A stretch of 64,000 nt of DNA from Acanthaster planci (lineage: Eukaryota): contig NW_019091357.1 in the NCBI RefSeq assembly GCF_001949145.1, forward strand, positions 4,116,228 through 4,180,227, given 5' to 3'. Shown here piece after piece: positions 53,601 through 64,000 of this stretch (positions are counted from its first letter, which is position 1; each line of letters begins with the position of its first letter). The notes below the pieces were generated by a model. That model was not told the origin of the DNA. It did not search any database and saw only the letters and a list, made by a program, of their open reading frames with translations. The position numbers and the translations under genes are program-made.

Positions 53601-56600
53601 CATCTTCACTGACGCCCTTCACACAGTCGATCGAGCGACAAAGAACTTCAAACTACCCTGACAAATCTACTGACCAACTCCTACGACTTGAATTTACTCT
53701 ATGAATTTACTGCAATTGGGAGAGGACTAAATCTAGCAAGAAATGAGACAGAGGGGTACCCCCAACATGTCCAATAGCTATACACACTCTAGACTATTGT
53801 TACCTAACACATCCCCCTAGATGTCTGAAAAGAAATCCTCAGATTCCAATGAAAAAATGACCAACACTGAGAAGAAGGTTTCTCTCCGTCCCATATCTTG
53901 CTTCATATTAAGACTATAGTCGTACATTTCAAATTCACGTGTATCTATCCAAGAAGAACTTATGTTTAGAATCATAAGAACAAACCAGATGGTACAGAGT
54001 TTCCTGCTCACAAACTCGAGTACAATTTTGGTCGAAATTGTAAGAGCTCAAAGATAGCTTTATTCTTGGAATCTGACGCACGACAAAATCCAAGCTTCAG
54101 CACTCACACGGAAACTTCACCAAGAAATGAAATACTGGAATTCAACTCCTGACTGTAACAGATTGGTTGTGATCATTTACCGTGAACATTCCTTCATTCA
54201 AAGAAGCAGGCAAATGAAGGACTGGGCATGTCTAGGATCTTCCTCAATGCCAGGCTCCAATGCCAAACTCCTGTTTACCTATACATGTATCGTATTACTA
54301 AGAAAAGTTTCCAAATGAAACTACAGCCGCTTAATTAAACCCCTCCATAATAAACCATGCTGGTCCTCCGGTTCAACAGCGCAAGGTCAACCGTAGATTC
54401 ATACAGTGTGGCACGGCAGCGAAAGAAAAATACTGAGTAGTCATGCCCATGCACTTAATGAACCCCTTTGACCGCTTTTTTCCCTTGCCGTGGTGCCGTG
54501 TGATTGACCGCCCACTGAACCCGCTGCGAGACCGCAGGCTTCATGAAAACACGGCTGACCTACGGTTGACTGTGTCAAATCAAATTCCCCGCCTGCCTGT
54601 CTGTCTCTCCCCCCCCCCTTCAAATTGACGCGTCACGACACACCGAAATCAATGGTGCCACTTCTTTTTCTCGGGGAAATTTCCGTCCTGGTTTGAATGC
54701 CAACTTCGGTGCCACAAGCTGTTTGGGTTACAACACGATGCCCCTCATTACTTGGAATCGATTTCGTACGGACGAAAAATAAGCTGTAGATTGGTTCTCC
54801 ATGAAACATTCTTTTTAATTCCTTACAGTCGATCCAAAACTACTCGCCATGCAGGGTTTCAAAGTAACAGGCCCAACAATTCGATTTAAGGAAAATCTTT
54901 CTCAAAAAAACTCCTTCGAGATGAGGATGGTTGGCCCTAATTATGTTTGCTGCAAATAAGTACGAGCCTACTGCGTTTCTGTTATGACTTAATCAAGAAA
55001 GCCGTTGACAAGGCATGTCTCCTCACAAACGATTGGACCAAGATGAACAGATATCCACATGCTGAGCACAACAACATGATTTTATTTACTGGAGGTGTGA
55101 TCAAGCATAGCACATCATAAAAGGTTAAACAAGCACTTTTCTGACCCGAATGACACACATCCAACAAACAGGACAATCTATTGTGGCACTCCATGCTAAA
55201 TTTAGGGCAACACGCAACGGGAATGGCATGTGTTAAGCCGTATCTCAAAACACAATGTCATGTTTTTTAAAGCCGGAGTCTTTGCTGCGGTTTACTTAGT
55301 TGATTCTTTCCAGGCTCTTCGACATTCACGAAGTTCTCTGGAATCCCTTGCCCCATCCCGTCTGAACCGGCGACCGGAGCCGGTCAGAATAGAACAACAG
55401 CCTTTGACAATAGTCGACACAGGTGAATGTCCAGGCGATGAACGATTCACTCCCTGGCACAGTGGAAAAACCACTTCTAAGTATCTCCGCTCACGATGCT
55501 AATCGATCACTCCCGTTATTAGCAGTTTAAAAAGGCCGCCTCTTTGAAAGCAGGCCGCTTTAAAGTGGCCTCGACTGTAATTCCAGGCGAAATGGATCGT
55601 TTGAGGAAGGCCGCCCAATAAATTAGGGAGAACTGGATATGGATAATACACTGGTGTTGAAGCAGGATTGTCCACCGTGATAAAACAATCCCATCCACTC
55701 CAGAATTCACGATTGGTAATATGAAATGCTGCCTTCATCTGGCAATAATGTTTAATTCTCTGATGGGACTTTCGGAATCTTAGAACACCCATTCGCGTTA
55801 ATAATAAGCATGCAGTAACAACAAACCTACAGAAAAATGAGTCATAAAATAAGTAAAGTAAATAAGTAAAACCTTAAAGTTTGAATTTTTTGAAAGCCTT
55901 TGGTCAATAAATCTGACGATTTCAAATCCAATTCCATGTTATTAGTATTACTATTAGCTCCTCTTTAAGTTCCTCTTTTTAACCTTACTTCTCTTTCTCT
56001 TTCTTAATTGTCTATTAAGATAGCCACAGTGAAATCATTAACCAAAGACTGACTTTTCAAGGAAAGACTATTAAACTGTGTTTGCCCGCTGCATTATGGA
56101 ACACAAGAGGTGATTCATTTCTCTTTGAGACCTTTAGGCGACATGCATGGGGCGGTGTATCAGATAATATTGAATTAGCACGTGCTTTCTTCACGAGATG
56201 GCGCTGCAGGAAGGGTCAGATGGTTACATCACAGTTGGAAGGCGTCATCGGAAAGAAAGAGAAACCGTTGAAATCGCCGGCGATTAAAGGATCGCGAGCT
56301 CCGGAGAAAGTCGACACAGGGCCCGTTGTTTCTCATGCACCCCGGTATCTACCCGACCGAGGTCCCGCGTAAACAACTCGGAAACACAACCCCGACAAAG
56401 GACAGGCGTGAGAATGTGTCCCCGGCGTAATTTAGAGCACTATGTACACAGTGCGAGTCGAACAGCGTTGATCGGTCTGACGAACTTGGACCAACATAGC
56501 ATCGAGACTGTCAACAAACAGTGAGCAGTATTTATCGGGGGAATCAGAGCAGGAACCTTTTCTTCAATGTTGACAGGCAAAATTCTGACCTGCGCGATTT

Positions 56601-57210
56601 GTGTTCTCCACAGTAACACTAACATGTCGAGATACCAAACATACCGCTGGAAACGCAGTTCCTCTCAAACCGCAGAACTTATTTTGCCACATATCGTGCA
56701 TTGTATGATAAGTTGGTTTATTTTTAACCCAGCTCCAATTTCAATCGCAGAGGGCCGTGATCAGGAAAAGGCGAACCATCTAACCCCATTAATGTGTCTG
56801 GCAAAAGTTTGCATAAATATGTTAGGAATGCGAGGGCTCCTAAACTCTGGCTGGGCTTGCTAAACTCCTTAATTATCCATTTTGTTTACCCGCGGCGAGC
56901 TCAAATGGTTAACTCAAACAGAACGCACGCTTGCTGAAATGCCATGATGTCAAACCAACGGGTAACTGAAAGACCAATTTGGTTTGCAGTTATACCCATT
57001 TTTAGAGTAACGCAGTCTCTCGTCAAAACTGGGTACAAACCTATTTATATCACGGCCGTGAAGGAATTTTGACCATATTTAGGCGTTCTTTTCAGAAGAA
57101 CACACACAGGTTTACCTTCGTGTACACCTCTAATGACATTATAATGCGGCTTTTAAAGCAACAGGGTACCGTAACCATGGGGTACCTATCGACCATTTTG
57201 CTACGCTGCT

Positions 57211-57464
57211 AACCTAGGCCGTTTTCCAATACTCAACTTCGGCTCCGTCTCAGGCTTCAACTGTTTTTATTACTAGTTGACTTTGAAGCTGTAAGCGCAG
57301 TAATCAGTCTAATAGTGCCACAGAACATCAAATAAGATGCAAGGAAGTCAACAATTACAGTAATCCAATGTAATTTAAACGCTTCAGGCCCACAATCGGG
57401 GATTGGTTTGGGGAACGAAGCCTGAGACGGAGATGAAGTCGAGTATTAGAAAACGGCCTAGGTT
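57211..57464. mobile_element. MITE with 48-bp inverted termini (GGCC-starting TIR flanked by TA; PIF/Harbinger-like)
   Basis: 57211-57258 versus the reverse complement of 57417-57464: 44/48 identical. Confidence 0.85.
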
Positions 57465-60400
57465 TCCCAAAGAAAGATCAAAGACCGTAGCAACGTACGA
57501 AATGATTATCAAAGTGCGCATGACAGGACCGTAAATCCACACACACTCTCTCCAGCCTCTGGAAATGTCTTCAAAAGAATCTCATGAAATAATAAAAACT
57601 GACAGTTGTGTTCGCTGAAAACTGTGGCGATTGTATGGTAAACTTGAGCACTGGGGACTGCTTAATTTTCGGAAGTGGTACACCCAATGGTTGAGCAAAA
57701 CTTCTCATTTGAAAGGAAACGTTCCCAGAGAAAAAACCGTGAACCATCAGCGGCACTGCGCGTTTCCATATGCGTTGCATAATTAATAGCATTGACTCCA
57801 TCGCCATTGGTACATAGGGAGCGCCATCACTTGACACAACCCAAATGGGATCATGTTCCCCCACAGCAGGTGGCCATGACCTTGAACGAGATTGGACCCC
57901 ACCAAAGGTCAACACGATAACTGCCGAAGTTAAACACGGCATGACCTCACTACAACTCCATGCTGCAAGACGATCCCACATGAGTCAAAAACAAGACGAA
58001 CGAACAACCCCAAGATGAAGGAAAACTTCTGGTTTCCAGGTTTGTAACCACAAAAACCAAATCCACAACACCTCAAAGTAACTCCTCAATTAAATCTACT
58101 AATTTTACAAGAAAATGTAATCAACGAGTTTTTAATAGGTTATCAGTTAACCATTATTATTTTTCTGAAGAGAAAGACACATTACATTTTATTATTTTCA
58201 TAATTCTTTAATTCTTTCGGGAAGAGTGAGAATTTTAAATTGAGATAAGTCAGTGCCTTATGTGACAAAAAAATTCGTCGAACCCAAAAAATCATTCATT
58301 GGACAATGTCTCGGAGTAAAACGCCTGACAATGAGTTGAGAAAAATAACTAAAAAACGACGGCACATATCCAGAGAGGCCTGAAGAGTATCACTGAAATA
58401 CAAAGAATATAGACAGCTGAAAAACATTTCCTTTACTAAACTTCTTAACTTTATTTTAGGTACTTCCAAAGACAAGAACTTTACGAGTAACTTATTTTTA
58501 TTGATTGGCGACTGTCTGAAAATTGAAAGGCCTCCGGCTATATGACACAAACAGAAAACCACCCACGAAGGGCCCTTAAAAATGCGGAATAATCCCCATC
58601 AACTTGAACACCTTTGACCCTCGCATTGGGGTTCAACGCTGTGTTCTTTATTTTGTTTGCACTGCCGGCGGCGGCCCGAAGTATCCTAATCCTCGGCAAA
58701 CACATGCACCGTTTGTTGTAAAAGGACCAACAAGGCATGCCGTCATTGGTGGTGACAAACCGTTAAAAAGGGGGAGGTTTAATTAATGGGTGTGACAAGT
58801 GCATGTTGCCAGAGCTCCCCCCCCCCTCTTTCTTTTCTCAATCATTGTCGAAACGGGTGGTCTTTCTCTGCAAAGGCTGAGGGGCGCAAACAGACACCAA
58901 TAATTGATTGGCGGCGGTAACCCGAGTTGTGTGTTCCATCAGCAAAATTTACCTTGAAAACTGATGTAAACACTAACTTGCTATTTCGGAATTAATCTGT
59001 TTGTTAAACCAACCAGGGTGAGTGCACTAATTACACCGATATCAAGCATATCAAGGGTGGACTGTTACTAAGCTGCCTCGGTCCTGATCAACATGCCCCT
59101 CTATTTAGTGCCGGTCACAAATTACCTCAGTATTCAGATTTCAGGCAGACCAACGCTGTGAATTACAAAGTTAACTGTTAAATTAAACCGTAGCGCAATA
59201 TCCAGTGTGGGCTACTCACTTCTGAAAAACAACACCCCCAATTCTCGAGTAGTTTCCTCAAGGAGGACTACTGCTCATCCCGTGCAATCCCTTTTGCTTT
59301 TCAAGGAACTGTATCAGGAAATGGCCTTGCTGTAAGTCCTACCATGTATACCTACATAACTGAGGCGGAAACCGATGCATTCGTTCGTGCTCACTGGACG
59401 CTAATTCCCGTCTACTGTGAGATTTGCGCTTAATGCCTTCCATAAACATTCCAGAAAGTGTGTGTATGTACATGTATGTCTGATACAAAGGCTTGTTCTT
59501 TGATCAGTCATTACTGTAATCATGTGTTCTTAATGTGTAGTGAAAGGATTGAAAGTAGTGAAAGCATATCTAGTGTATTGACTTGGAGTTAGTCTGGCCA
59601 CGTATTAAGCAAAGATATCTCATTGCAGCAAGTCTTGTGCCCGCTGAAATCGTCACAATTTGCTCCAATGCGCACGTAAGCCAATTCTAACGAACACTTG
59701 ATATGGAGTTTCAAGCCATAGAATGAAAAGGACAGTTGTGACGTCATACAACGAACACAAATATAAGCTAAATGGTGTTCGACCCTTCGAAAATTTTTGT
59801 GCACTTTTGTGTGAGTAATTTGTTTCACAGCTAATCCACTTATGCTTTAGTACTGTGTTGCGTATGGACACATTGGTCAGTAATTGAACTGAATTTATCC
59901 TTTCATTTTGTAGACCAAATGGAAGCATGGGCCAAAGTCGCGGCACTCGGGTGAAAGGGACACCGTTATGCACTGGCAAGCTGGCATAGACACGTATTCT
60001 TTTTGTATAGGTCTATTCTTCCGACTGAGATACCAGTCGCCATGCGGCGAAACACGGTCCAACCTGGGCGACTGTCTCCGTCTACACTTACGTCAGTTCC
60101 ACTAAAACCACTCCACGTGACTGTACTGGGCGTAGGTTTGTAGCGGTAGCTCCAACAAGCACCCCAAGTTCTAAAGTACAATGCCCTAAGGGACAAGCTA
60201 GTCGGAAGTTGGGCTTACCAATACTGACAAGAAAAAAAATTAATCACCCCACGACACGGAAGGTGCAACAGATAAAGTATGCATAGGCCTAGACCCAAAC
60301 GTTCTACCCCCGGTGCCGTCCTGAAAAACGCCCAATGTTTCAGCCGACTAGTTTGAGCCTACCACCGGTTTCAATGCATTTTTCTCATCAAAATGCCTGG

Positions 60401-63400
60401 TTGTGTTTATTACATCAGAATGAGGAATAATATGGATTGCTTGTGGGTACATATAGCAATAACAAAGTAAATTGACCTCGTCTTTCAAAGCGGTTATCCG
60501 ATCAAGTGATTGAAAAGAGTTTTGTGTGTGTATTGTCTCTATGAAGAGGGTATTTCGAGAAAAACAAAATACCACCAAGACTTTGTGAATGGTTCGTCTG
60601 CGGCAACTTTTACATGAGGGAAAATCCCATCAGCAACGATTTGAAATGTTGCATCAAGTTGAAACCAATTTTTGGATGCACTGTTGTTCCATTGCTGTTG
60701 CACGGATCCTCAACGCACACGAACGAACAGGGAGGCAATAGGCGATCTACATTTGTCTACGAAATTTGCAATGGGATTTGTTAGTGCACCACTTAGCACT
60801 CAGTCTGGTCTGATTTCCATGGTGAATTCCCGTTTGTTAAACTTTGAAAAAAGTCGAAGTCGTGAGAGGGGCATGTAAGCTGCACGTCAAAGGGGAATGC
60901 TATAACGTTTTCCTTGCCTTTTCATTTCTGATCTTCAAAGAAGAAATGTACTTTTACTCCTGCGGCGTTCATTGCATTTGCACCGTTTTGATCGAACTTT
61001 GGTATTAACTTCAACGCTTCAACTTGCTGACCAGCGTTCTTTACTTTCCAGCCTTGAAACACTGAAGAGCTGCTTATAGCCAGTTGTCTCCTCATTCTTC
61101 TTCTTAAAGAGATGCCGCAAGTTCATCATATGGGAAGTTACATGTATATTTGTGGCATTTGATATCACACATATTATTCTGCACTTTATCGATCATAATG
61201 AAATATTTATTATTGCAAGTTTGTTTAACTATCGTGCGCTTTGTGTGCCTAAAGTTGCTGTTGTCGCAATATCTCCACAGGACAACTTTGATCTCAGAGC
61301 GCGGCATAAATCACTTTTGTTTTACACGGAATTCAAACTTTTTAAAGGAATAATTATTGATTCCGATGGACGTGGGAAGTGAAATGCCGCGGTAAAATTG
61401 TAAAATGAGTGACACAACTTGCTCGATTAATCGACATTTTGTCGATGCGGGTCGAAGGATCAAGAGCGAATATTCTTGAAAACATTAATTCCTCACGTTG
61501 CTTGATATTATTTTCAAGACTGAAGCACCATTTCAGACCAATTGTCTGTATATGACCGATAACGTTTGAGCTTTTTAAGTGTTGCATTCGTTGCTGTCCG
61601 GTCGTCAAATTTTGATAATTTCGTAAAACCTGATTCTAATCAGATTAAAAAAATTGCAAATATAAAGGAAGGTTAGTAGTGCACGAATTCTGTGACGTTA
61701 GAGCGACATTCATCAGTAATTCAGACCTTTATATCTTTAGGTTATAGCTTGGTGTCTCTTTGTGTGCACCAAAATACAATTTATACAGAAATTGTACAAA
61801 ATATACTCTTCGTATGTATACATATAAATGTTACTCGGTCTAAGATTCGTTGATGGTAGTATTTCGATGACGTATATCATACACAAAACGTGACTTGTCA
61901 TAAGAAATATTCCATTTCGAAATTTTCTTTCAAAAACGTGTAAATGATACGCCAGAGCTCTGACACATAACCCAGAGGAAAAAATACTCACTGCATTATC
62001 TGTTGTTTCGCAAACCTCTCTCGAATCCAGCTGAGATTTTCAGCATGAAGTACACATGCATATCACAGTCTATTTCACAATTACTAGATTTAGCATGAAA
62101 ACACTGACTATATGAATTTAATGTTTACGCGTCTTTATGTATGCATGCATTCTGTTGCTCTTTATAAGTTGATGTTGTTTTCTCTGTAAAAAAATATGTA
62201 ACAAGATAAAAGTAACTCAGGATAAAGGCCGCAAATGCAGGTACGGTAGATAATTTGGAATAAATTTCTTGGAATTGATGAACACAATTTTTCCGTTTAA
62301 GGGAATAAGGTAATGTATTTTGATTCACGATTAAGTGAATAGAAATAAACAAGTACAGTGTTATTCTTGACATTTTGGAAACTTTTCTTGAGGCGACCTC
62401 CAAGGAGAAAATTAAACTCAAGCCATGCAACGATCTGCTTGTGATATTTCTGTAATTTCACCAAATAATAGTGCGTCTCGCTCTGAATTCTACGCCACAC
62501 ACTCTCCAATGGTGACTTACCAAGTATCGCTATGCATGCCATTACACGCGTTGGCCAGTATTCCTTTGTTCTCAGCGGCGCGGGCAAGCCGACGCGAGCC
62601 TGCCCAGCCTGAGCTGGACATTTTAGCATGAGTCGAGAATCCCAGGACGTGGGCAACATTTCCTTGATTTACTCGCCATATTTCCTCATAACGTATAAAT
62701 CCAGCGTCAGATTAGGTTCGTCTGCAGTGTTGTCCAATAGCTTTTTACACTAATTTCAAATCATAGCTCCATGTGGTGAAATTTCGGCGTTTCTGCTGAG
62801 GAGAGGGGAACGGACAGGCGTAGTCGTGCTGGTGCAGACGAAGAGAAAATTAAACTCGCCGTTAGGTCCTTTGTTTCGAGCGTGCGCTGGCATTGGGTGA
62901 CGTTCTGCGTTCCAACGTCGACGTGATTTCCTGGCCTCAGTATTCGTGATGAATCCCTCGAAACGAGCTTGCCCTCGGTGGCCGAGAAAAGACCAAAATC
63001 GTCCAGTTAGTGTCGCAGAGAAGTGCCCACAGTGCTAGGCACGATCCGGCCGGTGTAAACTAGCAACCGTGTCGGCGAGGGGGGAAAAAACACAATAGCA
63101 CGGACAAAGAGAGCTGGGCAAAATTGCGACACAGGGCGTGGGAAAGCCATAACGCATGTGCAATGGGATGGGCGGCTGTCTGTCGCACTCTCTCATCAGG
63201 CCTGCCGTGACGTCAGAGTAATTTCGCGGTTGTTGATTGGCTTATCTCATGTTGTTATTTGCGTAACTTTGCTCCACTTTTATCTTGTCCTTGTGAAGAT
63301 GACACTGTATTAAATGCACACGCTTTGATATGGCGAACCGGTTATGCGCGAGTTACATGAACTTGCGTGTTGATATCGTGCCGATCTCTAATTATGCGAG

Positions 63401-64000
63401 AATTTCGAGAAAAATTATGGTTTTGGAAGGGCACTGCTGTAACATAAAATTGAAATAAAATGTGTAACACTCATAACTATTAAATTCGTAAAGACACAGT
63501 AGCAAAATGGAACTTCCTGGATATTTGGTCATTTATTTATTGAGAAATTATACAAACATATACAACAGAAAAGCGAATAAAACTATAAATAAACCCATAT
63601 TGATTTTTTGTCTGAAACGATATGAAACACATACCTAGTTCATCCGTGTATAGTGTTAACATTTTGTCTAAATCTTGTCGATTATCCCAAAAACATACAC
63701 GTAATTTTTAGTAACAATGGTTTGACTCACTGTATTTATTTCCACTTCAAGTACATGTATTTCGCTTCGAACTTTGAGGACGAATTATGGTACATAAAGA
63801 GCAAATGGAAAGAGCAATGCGTTATAATATTGCATCTTCAGTCCGAATTACGTTGTACTCCTCAGCAGAACAAAAAGCAAGGCGCCTGGGCCAGGAATGG
63901 GAGATCGTGGATCCTGGTTCCACCTGGGACCAGTGAACTTCTCTCACACAACCTCGAGCACACAGTGCTTTACACAACATTAGAACCTTCCTCTTCTAGA

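Noticed and set aside
63880..63945. tRNA/SINE-like segment (ggatcctggttccacctgggacc)
   Set aside because: No convincing A/B boxes or cloverleaf.

Overview
This is eukaryotic (animal-like, probably marine invertebrate) genomic DNA, so almost all ORFs in the supplied track are spurious or partial exons. The main feature is one minus-strand, intron-rich gene for an AMPK-related (CAMKL) Ser/Thr kinase with HUNK-like and SIK-like motifs. I reconstructed it by hand as 18 coding exons from ATG 44298 to TAG 3414. All introns are GT-AG and phase-consistent, giving 3405 nt or about 1134 aa: kinase domain, then UBA domain, then an ~800-aa low-complexity tail. Exons 1-8 are well supported by kinase/UBA motifs; exons 9-18 rest on splice signals and frame continuity only. 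A 20.3-kb intron splits the HRD catalytic motif. The rest of the window is intronic/intergenic and contains MITEs, a LINE 3' remnant, minisatellites and an 88-N assembly gap. CpG density appears to step from low (about 1-15 kb) to high (beyond about 15.5 kb). I found no RNA genes, CRISPR arrays or second confidently identifiable protein-coding gene, and no convincing evidence for a wholly new multi-gene system.
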